This document shows, piece after piece, positions 28,301 through 37,045 of a DNA stretch of 52,440 nucleotides. The stretch covers positions 1 to 52,440 of the forward strand of contig RFOF01000003.1 of assembly GCA_009926845.1 (NCBI GenBank), given 5' to 3'. The notes beneath the pieces were generated by a model that had not been told where the DNA came from, did not search any database, and saw only the letters and a list, made by a program, of their open reading frames with translations. Source of the stretch: Alphaproteobacteria bacterium (GTDB taxonomy: Bacteria > Pseudomonadota > Alphaproteobacteria > Rickettsiales > SXRF01). Positions within the stretch are counted from its first letter, which is position 1; each line of letters opens with the position of its first letter. A program made the translations under genes and the position numbers.

Positions 28301-29608
28301 TTTGCCGAGAGTAACGAATAAGCCGATAGTGCGATTGATTGCCAGGCCAGCCAGCGCAATCGCCAGCAAGTCGGCATTATCAGCGATGAATTGCAGCACC
28401 GCGCCGAGAGCTTTGCCGAAAACAATAGCCGCCTCACTGCTGGAAAATGCAATCAACTTATCCAGCAAATTATTGAAGGCAGGCGCAGCTTCTGCGCCAA
28501 CTTTGCGGAGTAATTCGTCAAAGGCATTTTTCAGGAGTTGGATTTTCCCCGCCGTGGTCTCAAAGGCTTTATGCGATACTTTGTTGAGGTCAGCATTTTC
28601 CTGATAGGCTTTGTTGGCCTGCTGAACGCGCTCGGTCACGCGGTCATAGTTTACTGCCAGAAGCGGCAGAACCGCATTGATTTCCGTACCGTTTAAGCCA
28701 AGGCTTGCAAGCACTTGTTCAGCATTGCCGCCTTGTTCAATGACGCTTTTTAAGCCACCAATAAATGCCATGAATGCGCTAAAGGCATCTTGCTGAAAGG
28801 TTTTTTTGAACTGCTCACCCGTCATGCCGGTCAGCATGGCAAGGGTTTTTAGGCTCTCGCCGCCAGTGTCAGTTGCGCTTTTCAGCTCAAGAAATGTGCG
28901 CAGAATACTAGAACGAGCAAGCTCTGGCTGCTGTCCTAATTCACGCATTGCCGTACCCAAACCAACGAGATTTGCACTGGTTACCTTGAATTGCGCCGTG
29001 CCTTTAGACAGCTCGATAACCATTTTGGCGATTTCAGATTCCGAAGCCGCAGAAGTTCGTCCGAGATACACGATGCTCGATGCCAGCTTATCCACCGTAT
29101 CAATGGATTCGCCCGCCACGTTTATAACGCGGGCAAGAATAGTTGCCGCTTCATCACCAGAAAGATTACTGGCAAAGCCAAGCCGAGCAATGGTTTCCGT
29201 GAATTTGAGGATATTGGCACTACCCTCGACACCAAGCTGACCAGCAGAAGCTGCGATATTGAGCAATTCACTGCGAGCAACGGGGATGCGCTTGCTCATA
29301 TCGATGATTTGCTTGCCGAGGTCTTGCAGTTGTTTCCCTGCAATGTCCGTGGTTTTACCCACGTTTGCCATCCCACGTTCAAATTCAACGAAGGATTGGA
29401 TAGAGCGGCGCACGAAGTCACCAATACCGATGCCAGCAATCGCTCCCTGAACGGAAAACAGGCTCTGCTTTAAGCGACCGAAGCTGCTATCAAGCTGCTG
29501 CGTCATATCCCGCGCATTACGGCGCACGGAATCTACCGCAGTGTTTACGTCGCGCGCGCCAGTTTGTGCGCCACGCCCGTCAATGGTGACAACAAGCCTG
29601 CTTTCCAC
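25319..29608 (-). CDS. Tail tape measure protein (TP901-like core)
   Basis: 1429 aa, Ala/Gly-rich; FERGMANVGKTT...ASAGQLGV core; C-terminal ADGG...GERGPELFIP and FRRSQGQIAA. Confidence 0.93.
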   Translation of the reverse strand: MESRLVVTIDGRGAQTGARDVNTAVDSVRRNARDMTQQLDSSFGRLKQSLFSVQGAIAGIGIGDFVRRSIQSFVEFERGMANVGKTTDIAGKQLQDLGKQIIDMSKRIPVARSELLNIAASAGQLGVEGSANILKFTETIARLGFASNLSGDEAATILARVINVAGESIDTVDKLASSIVYLGRTSAASESEIAKMVIELSKGTAQFKVTSANLVGLGTAMRELGQQPELARSSILRTFLELKSATDTGGESLKTLAMLTGMTGEQFKKTFQQDAFSAFMAFIGGLKSVIEQGGNAEQVLASLGLNGTEINAVLPLLAVNYDRVTERVQQANKAYQENADLNKVSHKAFETTAGKIQLLKNAFDELLRKVGAEAAPAFNNLLDKLIAFSSSEAAIVFGKALGAVLQFIADNADLLAIALAGLAINRTIGLFVTLGKVGMDVVRVLRIGTIEAIANAAANTQAARAMVASQAAANLYVGTAGRAAAATGSLSLAARAGAVGTYLLNTALGLLGINGPAVASGFTRIATTIGGLLTRFASLQSVGMIAGVAMRGLSVAVGGLGVAFEILIGPVGWVILAVTALIATYQLLKDKIVDIGPLHASVANVIQATWNVVTQRVGNSVRALGEWIGTGFSQATDIASQAFAALSERASAVWDSIRQAVSDTFASIKEAIGTALNDAAAYFGNLLEPVASVFSGIYDSVKSAMQSVGEYIDSAVQSITGIFQSMYDSVTGMFSGLKSYVADVFSGVIEYFGGLVDDIVGEANRLQKETDAAKSGSSSGKAADAAGKGVKVSDTAFGPQLPKSTGFKVDLPGLQTQTNKSGRGGSSTKSLSDELRGLSQNSAQNAQESGLDELGKRLADVDKAVKESVGSYDKLSAAQRKNVDDTKAQITHNFELEQSNKQRMDDQNKLAQLIEQTRTPQENYNLAIAELNRLQPTTAEGYEAIRRKAADLRAELEYQDPVLRENQRLIEQFNGNFESTFKDGFKSVLTKGKDGWKDMLSGFKNLWLDTVTEIASRPIMDALLGQKSTIYGGRSGGLLSGITEQLFSGGGGLLGGNKQQQQQSQLPWLNTPANDNFGQDQGGAFADAFGQQSAGSSGFLGMLGNLFSPSGTAGGGFMSRLGGLFSSLTSGLSGIFSNIGSIFSGILGGGSGGGFGGILNMVSGLFGGGQQKQQQALPWLDPDKSKFGQNQGAALADTFSEQSAGSSGFIGMLGNLFSASGAGGGFLSSLGGLFSSLTSGLSGAFSGIGGLVSGLFGGGGFGGGGGIMSLISTGLSLFGGFFADGGSVSARTPIIVGERGPELFIPPVNGEIISNDVFSKASKAANDNLPRDMSKDIVTLMLAGRFGGFRADGGSVVAGMSYAGGERGRELFIPKNSGGSSSNDNNAQQGDNITVQMNITTQDAGSFRRSQGQIAADAARAINRAKRNL

Positions 29609-29613
29609 GGGGT

Positions 29614-29952
29614 TTATGCCTTATTTTTACGCTCGTTGCGTTGGTTGATTTTTTCGACATAGGCCGTGTCCATCGCGCGGATAAGACGCAGGAAACGGTC
29701 AATGTCATCGACTTCGTAAAGCCGTATAAAAGATTCGATTTCTGACAGCGGTATGCAGCCCACACCAAAGCCAAACGGCCTGCTGGGAGAAAGGACAACG
29801 AACGCATCCCGCACGTCGATAAGATCAGTGAACACCTCCGGCTCTTTGGCGAGAGCCGAAGGCGTTACACCGTCTTTTTCTTCTATGAATCTGAGGAATT
29901 TGAGGTGTTCTCCCCACTCAACGTTCCATTCGACCCAGTCGATGAGTTTTTT
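29614..29952 (-). CDS. Tail assembly chaperone, T-like segment reached by a -1 frameshift
   Basis: The -1 frame is open from the A AAA AAC site through KLIDWVEWNVEWGEHLK into ORF 29614..29835 (LSPSRPFGFG...IPLSEI...IRAMDTAY). Confidence 0.8.
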   Translation of the reverse strand, partial: KKLIDWVEWNVEWGEHLKFLRFIEEKDGVTPSALAKEPEVFTDLIDVRDAFVVLSPSRPFGFGVGCIPLSEIESFIRLYEVDDIDRFLRLIRAMDTAYVEKINQRNERKNKA

Positions 29953-30350
29953 TCCGCGTCCTCAAGATGCTCTTGGCGGAATAATTCAGCATCGCTTGCC
30001 AAATCCACCACAAGGTCACGGAAATCTGTCAGGGTAATATCAGACAGCACTTTCAGCGCGTTGGTTTCGCTGTATTCCAACGTTTCGCCGTCCAGCACGA
30101 AATTTTCCCAGCCGAGTAAAACTGTCTTTGCCAAGCACTGTGCAAGGATGGAATTTTCCGTAGTGTCATCCAGCGTTTTATTGCGGATTTGCCGCTCAAA
30201 CGGTTTGGTAAGTTTCTGGTAGAGCTTGCGGAAGTGTGGGTTTTTCAGACGCGCAATTTTGAGGCGCATACCGCCGCCAAGGTCTTGCGACCAGACGCCT
30301 TCATTTTCCTTGGTAGTATCAGTGGCATAGAGTTTACGAATATCGGTCAT
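29883..30350 (-). CDS. Tail assembly chaperone (G-like)
   Basis: Lies between tail tube and tape measure; ENEGVW and VLLGWEN motifs; slippery site near the 3' end. Confidence 0.85.
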   Translation of the reverse strand: MTDIRKLYATDTTKENEGVWSQDLGGGMRLKIARLKNPHFRKLYQKLTKPFERQIRNKTLDDTTENSILAQCLAKTVLLGWENFVLDGETLEYSETNALKVLSDITLTDFRDLVVDLASDAELFRQEHLEDAEKNSSTGSNGTLSGENTSNSSDS

Positions 30351-30390
30351 GGTTTTCTCCGTTGTTGGTTAAGTTATTGGCTGCGCTTGA

Positions 30391-31560
30391 TTAGAAGGCG
30401 CGGTCAATTTGGATGGTGAAGTCGTAGGTAGGATGACGCAGCGCTTGGAAATCCAGCTCTGCCATTACATCTTGGTCAGCCGCGCCTGCGGTCAGCTCGC
30501 CTTTGGTGAGCTTCACACGTGGCATGGTGATGATGTAAGCGTTGTTCGCTGCATCCGTGATGCGGAATGACAGCGATGTTTCAGTACCTGCCAGATATTT
30601 TGTGTAGAGGTCGTTTGCCGCCCCTTCAAAATAGGCTTGCAGTTTGCCAGTTACGACAGCACGGCCAGTGCCGATACCGACGTTTCCGAGTGTGCCAACG
30701 GCTTTTTGCTGGCGCAGGTTGTTGTTGAGGTTCAGCGAGAATTCTTTGAGTTTTCCCGCAAACAATGCGCCACCTTCGCCGATATAAGCCACGTTGCTGA
30801 CTGCATTGAGCACATCATTGGTCGGTGCTGCCGTTGGTCCACCAGTGCCGATGGTTGCAGAACCGAGCACTGCGCCTTTACCAAGGAAGCCCAGCACGCC
30901 AGTGAGGATTTCTCCGACAGAAAGGTTCAATGCCAGTGTGTTGACACGCATCCCAGTGAAGGACTTGAACTTCGTCACATCGGCAAATGCCAATTCCAGC
31001 GAGTAACTCTTTGAAGTTGTGCCATTACGCAGGGTTTGACCTTTGAAAGTACGGCCAGCTGCTGCGGATTCGTTTACGAGCGCAGTTTCACCTTTGACGG
31101 TGATTGTGCCGGCAGCAACAGTCAGAACTTGGAAAAAGCCATTGTTGGCAGGATTGGTAAAGCCAGATGATTTAATCCACTGACCCGCCTTAATGCCTGC
31201 GGTGATGAAGCCGTTTCCAGAATCTGTGAAGCTATCGGGTGCTCCGCTAACAGCCGCAAAAGTTGCGCCTGTCATGTTCACCGCAGTGAGCCAAGCATTG
31301 AACAGCGCACCTTGAAGCAAATCATCCGGCGCACCGTATGAAAGCTCAAAATTCACGTTACCGCTTGGTTCAACGTCTGTGCGAATCAGATCCGTGATTT
31401 GGCGGTCAGCACGAATCTCTTTCGATTGTGTGGTATCGATGCTGTAATTTAAGGTTTCACCATTATAGCGCATGGCTTTGAGGGCAATGGCTGGTGTTAC
31501 GCCCCAGGTTACTTCTTCTGAATAGTAAAGCTGGGAACGGGCGGTATCTGCAATAGGCAT
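30391..31560 (-). CDS. Major tail (tube) protein
   Basis: EVTWGVTP, SKEIRADRQ and NFELSYG motifs; follows the tail terminator gene. Confidence 0.88.
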   Translation of the reverse strand: MPIADTARSQLYYSEEVTWGVTPAIALKAMRYNGETLNYSIDTTQSKEIRADRQITDLIRTDVEPSGNVNFELSYGAPDDLLQGALFNAWLTAVNMTGATFAAVSGAPDSFTDSGNGFITAGIKAGQWIKSSGFTNPANNGFFQVLTVAAGTITVKGETALVNESAAAGRTFKGQTLRNGTTSKSYSLELAFADVTKFKSFTGMRVNTLALNLSVGEILTGVLGFLGKGAVLGSATIGTGGPTAAPTNDVLNAVSNVAYIGEGGALFAGKLKEFSLNLNNNLRQQKAVGTLGNVGIGTGRAVVTGKLQAYFEGAANDLYTKYLAGTETSLSFRITDAANNAYIITMPRVKLTKGELTAGAADQDVMAELDFQALRHPTYDFTIQIDRAF

Positions 31561-31588
31561 AGGGTTTCTCCGTTAGGTTAAGGGTTAG

Positions 31589-31626
31589 GCAACAAAAAAG
31601 CCGCGCCCCTTGCAGGATGCGGCTTT
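31589..31626 (-). terminator. Intrinsic terminator inside the late operon
   Basis: AAAGCCGCATCCTGCAAGGGGCGCGGCTTTTTTGTTGC on the minus strand. Confidence 0.7.
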
Positions 31627-31647
31627 GGTGCTGTTGGTTGGTTTCGG

Positions 31648-32049
31648 CTAATGCAGTTCGTCGCGCGTGAATGGAAAAGAAACATTCACCCGCCAAAAAT
31701 TATCCTGCTTGCCTAAATCCCGCCGATCGACGGAACGGCAAAGGATGCCGTTAAAACTTTGCGCTCTAAATATGCCTTCAATCGTGTCAGCATATTGGTC
31801 GAGAAGTTTTGTGCCTTTTTCAGCGGGGACAAAAACATCCACGCTGATGACACCGGGATAGCGGAATAGACGCTGCGCACCCATTCCGCGAAGGGCGGAT
31901 GCGCCGTTTAAGATGCTGAGTGCTACATAGCCATCTGGTGCTTTTTCAGCACGAAGGTTATCATACACGATAGGAATCGTTGGATATGATGCCTGCCACT
32001 GCGTCTTAAATCTGGTCTGGATAGCATTGCGTTGTGTGTCGTAACTCAT
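31648..32049 (-). CDS. Tail terminator-like protein
   Basis: Position, plus YDN...G.ISVDVFVP..KGT...WRVNVSFPF pattern. Confidence 0.7.
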   Translation of the reverse strand: MSYDTQRNAIQTRFKTQWQASYPTIPIVYDNLRAEKAPDGYVALSILNGASALRGMGAQRLFRYPGVISVDVFVPAEKGTKLLDQYADTIEGIFRAQSFNGILCRSVDRRDLGKQDNFWRVNVSFPFTRDELH

Positions 32050-32453
32050 TTGAAAGCAGCTTCAATTTCAGCAAGGGTTGTGCGCACCATGCCTTCAGGT
32101 GCTTGGGTGCTACCGCCATATTCCAGCACGCCGATATACGGCAGGTTGTTGGCGATACTGATAGAAGAAAACGGCTTTGCCTCATCAATGACGCTTACGC
32201 CGCGATTGATGGATTCAGCAGCCGCTTGCTCACGTGAAAGGTTGGCGCTTAATTCGATGGTATCGGATGGCACGGCATTTACTGCGGTCATCCAGTTGCT
32301 GCGCGCGCGTCCAGTATCCACAGGTGTTTTGTTCACCACGCCGCTCAGTGCCTGCATCGCCACTTTTTTAACCATATTGCTATGGTCATCAGGCACTTTG
32401 ACCTGCGCGAAGATACTCAGGTTTTTATCAAAATCATTTATGTTGCTAGGCAT
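32046..32453 (-). CDS. HK97 gp10-like neck/tail-completion protein
   Basis: TPVDTGRARSNW and NNLPYIGVLEYG.STQAPEGMV motifs. Confidence 0.85.
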   Translation of the reverse strand: MPSNINDFDKNLSIFAQVKVPDDHSNMVKKVAMQALSGVVNKTPVDTGRARSNWMTAVNAVPSDTIELSANLSREQAAAESINRGVSVIDEAKPFSSISIANNLPYIGVLEYGGSTQAPEGMVRTTLAEIEAAFK

Positions 32454-32455
32454 GG

Positions 32456-32815
32456 CTAATTGCGAACCTGTAATGTGTGGATGATTGGCGTATCGGCGGC
32501 ATATTCGCTATGCACGCCGATGATAAGAAATGACTGCCCTGCAAATAGGATGGTATCGCCCGGTGCTGGGGTGACGGACAAACTGCCTGCGGCAAGGATG
32601 ATACGGCGGTCACCCGCTTTCACTAATCCTTGGCTAACGTGAAATTCTGAGTAATCCTCAATCAGCCCACGGACATTGTATTCTGTGTTTGGCTGGATAA
32701 GGTTGCCTGTGGTGGTGTCATAGGTTTCTGTGCCAGGCTTCCGAAGTGTTACGGCCGCGCCGTATGTTTCGATGCTGTCACGGGCAAAGCCCAGAAAATC
32801 TGTTTCAAAAGTCAT
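32456..32815 (-). CDS. Head-closure / head-tail joining protein
   Basis: YDTTTG, GLVKAGDRRI and C-terminal LQVR; located between adaptor and gp10-like genes. Confidence 0.7.
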   Translation of the reverse strand: MTFETDFLGFARDSIETYGAAVTLRKPGTETYDTTTGNLIQPNTEYNVRGLIEDYSEFHVSQGLVKAGDRRIILAAGSLSVTPAPGDTILFAGQSFLIIGVHSEYAADTPIIHTLQVRN

Positions 32816-33309
32816 GCTCTGAATAGCTCCGCTGTAGGTGAATCTTTGTAAAGTCCGCGCAAAATCTGGCGAACAATCGGGAATGTCCGATCTGAGCTCG
32901 CTTTCTCGAAGTATTCGATTTCAAGAGATGAAACGCGCTGACGCTTGATTGCTCCGCCACGTGCCAATGAAGGCGACAGCGGCTTATCGAGAGCTTCTAA
33001 GGCTAGTTCGCAGGCAGCATCTTTAACGCGCTGAGGCACTGCGCCACTATTTAATGAACGCCCCTCTGTGTCATAGACAAGAATTCGTGGCCAGCCTAAG
33101 GCTTGCTCGCTACGCTTGATATGACCATACCAGTAAAACTGGCTGTCCAGAAATGAAGTGGCATAAAGGATACCTTTTTCCTTGTCAGGAGTATTGCGCG
33201 TTACCCAGCTGGTAATGTTTCGCGCAGTAAAATAAGCGTCGGCTTCTGCTACCGACACATAGGCATTTGCGTTATTTATGCCGGTTCCGTCTTCGACGAC
33301 TAGAGCCAT
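32812..33309 (-). CDS. Head-tail adaptor (DnaT-like phage family)
   Basis: MALVVEDGTG..NANAYVSVAEADAY, QALGWPR and VKDAACELA motifs. Confidence 0.85.
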   Translation of the reverse strand: MALVVEDGTGINNANAYVSVAEADAYFTARNITSWVTRNTPDKEKGILYATSFLDSQFYWYGHIKRSEQALGWPRILVYDTEGRSLNSGAVPQRVKDAACELALEALDKPLSPSLARGGAIKRQRVSSLEIEYFEKASSDRTFPIVRQILRGLYKDSPTAELFRA

Positions 33310-33334
33310 GCTGAAATCCTTTGTTGGTTATCTT

Positions 33335-33375
33335 AAAAAGTTGCGCCCCAGCCGCGTGAGCAACTAGGGCGCAAA
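33335..33375 (-). terminator. Intrinsic terminator after the membrane/lipoprotein trio
   Basis: TTGCGCCCTAGTTGC-TCAC-GCGGCTGGGGCGCAA followed by CTTTTT on the minus strand. Confidence 0.65.
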
Positions 33376-33396
33376 GTCAGGGGGGAGGTAAATCGG

Positions 33397-33612
33397 TTAA
33401 GAAGATTGGAGCTGTTCGTAGAGCGCGTTATTCTCGTCGCGGATTGCATTTAGCTCTTCATCTGTTGGGTCACGACCTTCTTTCAGCAGTGTTTTGAACA
33501 GGCTGTTGGTGTCAGTAAAAGACGCTTTCAGCTCTGGCAATGCCGGTAAAAGCAGAACCACTCGGTCAAGGAGTTCGAGGAAAAGTTGGGTTTGTTTTGG
33601 GGATAATGCCAT
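33397..33612 (-). CDS. Phage hypothetical protein
   Basis: 71-aa helical ORF with GRDPTDEE, closely following the upstream lipoprotein gene. Confidence 0.6.
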   Translation of the reverse strand: MALSPKQTQLFLELLDRVVLLLPALPELKASFTDTNSLFKTLLKEGRDPTDEELNAIRDENNALYEQLQSS

Positions 33613-33618
33613 AGCGGA

Positions 33619-33969
33619 TTATTTCACCTCCGATGTGTGTTGAAGATAAGTTGAGAGTTCGCCAAGTGCTGTGCCTGCAATGGCAACGCTGGTTGCAAAA
33701 TCAGCATTGATGCCGATTAGCCGAGCCGTTTCTGCCGCATCGAATGTGCCTTGCACTCGGCGTGAAATAGCCTGAATGTTGGTCACGTCTTTATGGCACG
33801 GATGCTCTTGAGCGGTTTTGGCACATCCATTTTTGTAAGTGACAGCCACTTTTTGGATGGTGCGATAGTCCGTCTGCAAGCCATAGTAACGTTGCAGCGG
33901 AGTGTCGCCTTGCACCGCATTACAGGCGGCTAGAAAGGCAACGAGAACGAAAGCGATAATGTTTTTCAT
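33619..33969 (-). CDS. Phage lipoprotein (spanin or exclusion candidate)
   Basis: GAGG RBS, MKNIIAFVLVAFLAAC lipobox, two further Cys residues. Confidence 0.6.
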   Translation of the reverse strand: MKNIIAFVLVAFLAACNAVQGDTPLQRYYGLQTDYRTIQKVAVTYKNGCAKTAQEHPCHKDVTNIQAISRRVQGTFDAAETARLIGINADFATSVAIAGTALGELSTYLQHTSEVK

Positions 33970-33976
33970 AGATTCC

Positions 33977-34177
33977 TCATTGGTCATGTTTTTTGAAAAT
34001 TGCGGATTTGGTAAAAATCCGCAGGATGATGTTGCCGATCGTCACGATGGTGACGGCAATTGCCGCCTGTTCCTCCGGTGCGATGGTGATGCCGTAATTG
34101 GTGGCAAGCCATGCTGCGACTAGGGCAACAATGTTAAAGATGACGGTTTTGAAGCCTTGCAGCATGACTGCCTCCAT
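33977..34177 (-). CDS. Small two-TM protein, holin candidate
   Basis: Two hydrophobic helices and C-terminal NIILRIFTK, a pattern seen in small phage holins. Confidence 0.6.
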   Translation of the reverse strand: MEAVMLQGFKTVIFNIVALVAAWLATNYGITIAPEEQAAIAVTIVTIGNIILRIFTKSAIFKKHDQ

Positions 34178-34189
34178 TATTGGTTAAGG

Positions 34190-34708
34190 TTATTGTTGGG
34201 TTTGCTTGCCAGAGTTTTTCTTGCCGTTGCCCTGAGGTTTTTGGGTTTCAGCTACTGGTGCTGGACTACTTTCGGCAGGCGGCGCTTCATCTTGTGGCGT
34301 TTGTTCCTGCTGCGTTTGCTCCTGCGGCGTGGCTCCTTCTGTCGGCGCATCTGGTAATTCAATCCTATAGAGTTGCTGCTCAGAGACTTTTTCAACCCGA
34401 GCTTGCGGCTCTGGTTTCTTTGCTGGTTTAGGCTCAGGTTTTGCAGATTCATCAAGTTTGGTTGCTGGAGGAAATTCACCTGTTGCAGCAAGGCGATTTT
34501 CTTGTGCGGTGTCATACTCAGCAACTTTTTGCTCAAGCTCATGCGCATAGCAAACGTCATGATAACGGCACAGAATACTTGCAGCGGCAGTTGCTTCATT
34601 GGCTGCAACTTCGCAAGCGCCATCGACAAATTGAAAGTTGCCGATTTTAAGGGATAACCCCCGATTGGGTCCGAAGGTCGTGAATTTCACGTTTGATTCG
34701 TTAGACAT
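34190..34708 (-). CDS. Phage hypothetical protein following the major capsid gene, with a low-complexity Pro/Gln/Glu/Lys tail
   Basis: AGGAG RBS; 172 aa. Confidence 0.65.
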   Translation of the reverse strand: MSNESNVKFTTFGPNRGLSLKIGNFQFVDGACEVAANEATAAASILCRYHDVCYAHELEQKVAEYDTAQENRLAATGEFPPATKLDESAKPEPKPAKKPEPQARVEKVSEQQLYRIELPDAPTEGATPQEQTQQEQTPQDEAPPAESSPAPVAETQKPQGNGKKNSGKQTQQ

Positions 34709-34731
34709 AGTTTCTCCTATTGGTTTTGGTT

Positions 34732-34764
34732 AAAAGAAAGGCGGGAGTTTTGAGCTCCCGCCTT
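34732..34764 (-). terminator. Terminator after the major capsid gene
   Basis: AAGGCGGGAG-CTCAAAA-CTCCCGCCTT followed by TCTTTT on the minus strand. Confidence 0.8.
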
Positions 34765-34776
34765 GGTAGTGATGGG

Positions 34777-35706
34777 TTAGTTGGTGACGCCTTTGAGTGC
34801 GGCCAAACCTTTGAGCGAAAACAGAGCAAGCCCGCAGTACCATTTGACGCGGGTGATGGTTTCGTCCTTGGTTTCGGAAATACCCACTTCCTCGACCTGC
34901 ATACCTGCCGCTTCATTCGTGGCGGTAAGGCCAGCGATGCCATGACTCATCGAGCCATCATCCAGAGTGCCGGCAAAGACAGTAGTACAAGCAGTGCTAG
35001 TGCCTTGCGTCTGGTTGATAGGGATATAGTCATTGCGGAAGATAGGAATGTTACGGTAGGCAGGAACTTGCTCACCGTTAGGAAGCGTCATAATATCCGA
35101 CGCACTGTTGCCACCCAGCGCGCGCAGAAGCGCGAGATAGGAACGCAAAGTACGAGCGTGCATCAGGATATAATCGACCTGACCGTCCTTATCCGTCACC
35201 AGGTCAATCAGCTGATCGAGATAAGCGAAGGTAACCACGTCACCATTGCCGGCACCTGCGTTGGCCGTGATGGTCTGAGTCGGGTCAACAAGGCTCAGTA
35301 AGCCTTGGAAACTATCAGCCGTACCATCGCCGTTAATCATGCCATCCTGGTATTTGCGTCCTAGCGATTTTGCTTTAGACGCAACCTGAATTGCCTTTTG
35401 GTCATTAACGTTGGAACGGGTGGCTTGAATCAGACCGTTGACTTCCGCATCACCGAGAATAGTGGTGAGGCTAGAAGTTACCGCCGTGAAGGTAGCCGCT
35501 GCTTTCGCAGTGATTGTGCCGCCGACGCCGCCATATTGAACGTCGCCAAGGGCATTTTCACGGTTATAGGCCAGCGCATTGCCTTCGATTTCAGTGAAAG
35601 GCAGGAGCTGGTAGAAGCGGTTGATGGTAATGACGTTTTCAATTACGCCAGCCACCAACATATTAAGGGAAAGTTTCGCACTTTCCGCGAGAGTTACAGA
35701 AGCCAT
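34777..35706 (-). CDS. Major capsid protein
   Basis: GGAG RBS before ATG 35706 (MASVTLAESAKLS); LPFTEIEGNALAYNRE and RVKWYCGLALFS motifs; follows the scaffold gene. Confidence 0.88.
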   Translation of the reverse strand: MASVTLAESAKLSLNMLVAGVIENVITINRFYQLLPFTEIEGNALAYNRENALGDVQYGGVGGTITAKAAATFTAVTSSLTTILGDAEVNGLIQATRSNVNDQKAIQVASKAKSLGRKYQDGMINGDGTADSFQGLLSLVDPTQTITANAGAGNGDVVTFAYLDQLIDLVTDKDGQVDYILMHARTLRSYLALLRALGGNSASDIMTLPNGEQVPAYRNIPIFRNDYIPINQTQGTSTACTTVFAGTLDDGSMSHGIAGLTATNEAAGMQVEEVGISETKDETITRVKWYCGLALFSLKGLAALKGVTN

Positions 35707-35821
35707 AAGGGTTCTCCATTGATTAAGGTTAAAGTTGAGATTGCGTTCCCTCGTTGGCTCCCCCGCGGATAGGACGATTTTTCTGCACGCTCGGCTTTGG
35801 CTCACCCGCCGCCGAAATCGG

Positions 35822-35860
35822 GCAATAAAAAAGGCGCGTCCCATCACGGGAACACGCCTT
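35822..35860 (-). terminator. Intrinsic terminator between scaffold and capsid genes
   Basis: AAGGCGTGTTCCCGTGATGGGACGCGCCTTTTTTATTGC on the minus strand. Confidence 0.7.
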
Positions 35861-35883
35861 CAAAAAACTGGTTGGAAGTCGGA

Positions 35884-36654
35884 CTACTTTTTCTGCAAGC
35901 CCAACTGGATTTTCTGGATAGAGGTCAGCTCACCTGAATTATTCGCAGTTGAACGGTTGCCTTTACCAGCGGGTGAACCGCTGCCAGAAGCATTAGTGCC
36001 TTGGTAAAATTTAGGCTTTTGCTTCTTGAAGGTTTCACCAAAGAATGCGTCAACGGTCAGATCCGATGCGTTGCCGCTGTCATCTTTCACAACGACGTTG
36101 AAATTATCGTCGAGGGCAAAACGACCACGTGTAAGCGTCAGCACGTCATCCACGTCATCAGCAAAAACGCCAGCCTTCATAACGGCACGACGGATTTTGT
36201 CGTCGAGGATATAATTTTTCTTGTCGCTTTCAGAACGCTCGACAGCCTCGGTAGATTTTTTGAGTTTCTTTTCAAAGTCGGCTTTGAGATCGTTGAGTTC
36301 TTTGGAGAAATTGCCTTTGGCTTTTTCAAGAGCTTCCTCGTATCTGCCTTTTGCTTCTAAAGTCTCGCGCTCACGCTGCTCTTTTTCGGTTTCCCACTCT
36401 TTCTCTTTTTCGAGCAGTTTGCCGTATTTGTCCTTGTCGATGCTTTCCAGCTCTTTTGCTGACTTGGTATATTTGGTTTCAAAATCGCTACGGATTTTGC
36501 GCTCACTGGCAAGAGCCTTGTCCTTAGCGGTCAATGCAGCAAGCAGTTCTGTTGGGTTAACGGCGTATTTGCCGTCATCGGTTTTGTGATAGAGCTTGCG
36601 CGACTCTTCAGGAATTGCGTCAAGATTGTCAGTGTTTAAGGGTAGGTTTTGCAT
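35884..36654 (-). CDS. Capsid scaffolding protein
   Basis: Highly charged coiled coil, Gly/Ser-rich ASGSGS linker, terminal KIQLGL; directly upstream of the capsid gene. Confidence 0.8.
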   Translation of the reverse strand: MQNLPLNTDNLDAIPEESRKLYHKTDDGKYAVNPTELLAALTAKDKALASERKIRSDFETKYTKSAKELESIDKDKYGKLLEKEKEWETEKEQRERETLEAKGRYEEALEKAKGNFSKELNDLKADFEKKLKKSTEAVERSESDKKNYILDDKIRRAVMKAGVFADDVDDVLTLTRGRFALDDNFNVVVKDDSGNASDLTVDAFFGETFKKQKPKFYQGTNASGSGSPAGKGNRSTANNSGELTSIQKIQLGLQKK

Positions 36655-36720
36655 GGGGTCTCCTTTGGTTGTGGCCTCTCGCCGTTGAAAAAACGCGCCC
36701 CAGCTTCCCGCTAGAAACGC

Positions 36721-36759
36721 GCAACAAAAAAGCCGCTCGGAAATCCGAAGCGGCTTTTT
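36721..36759 (-). terminator. Terminator after the moron-like gene
   Basis: AAAAAGCCGCTTCGGATTTCCGAGCGGCTTTTTTGTTGC; T-tracts on both strands. Confidence 0.8.
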
Positions 36760-36785
36760 ATCTCGGTGCTGATAATCAGCTTAAA

Positions 36786-37037
36786 TTAGATGATGTATGT
36801 CTTTCTGCCTTTAACTAAACAGCTTAAACACAGCAATTTCTGAACTACTGGCTTTAGTTCGTTGTCCTTGCGCATGACCATTGGATACACAGGTATAAAT
36901 TCAATCGTATCCACACCTTCAAACCGCATACAAACATTACAGGTAACGCGCTCTTCGTCACCAGCTTGTAATTCTGACCTTGGACTTTGACCGCCCTCAA
37001 TCACAGTTAATCTTGAATATTTTTTTTCATTTCCCAT
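36786..37037 (-). CDS. Small CxxC...CxxC (Zn-ribbon-like) protein, moron-like
   Basis: CNVC and CLSC pairs, AT-richer DNA, own promoter and terminator. Confidence 0.6.
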   Translation of the reverse strand: MGNEKKYSRLTVIEGGQSPRSELQAGDEERVTCNVCMRFEGVDTIEFIPVYPMVMRKDNELKPVVQKLLCLSCLVKGRKTYII

Positions 37038-37045
37038 AGCCGCAT

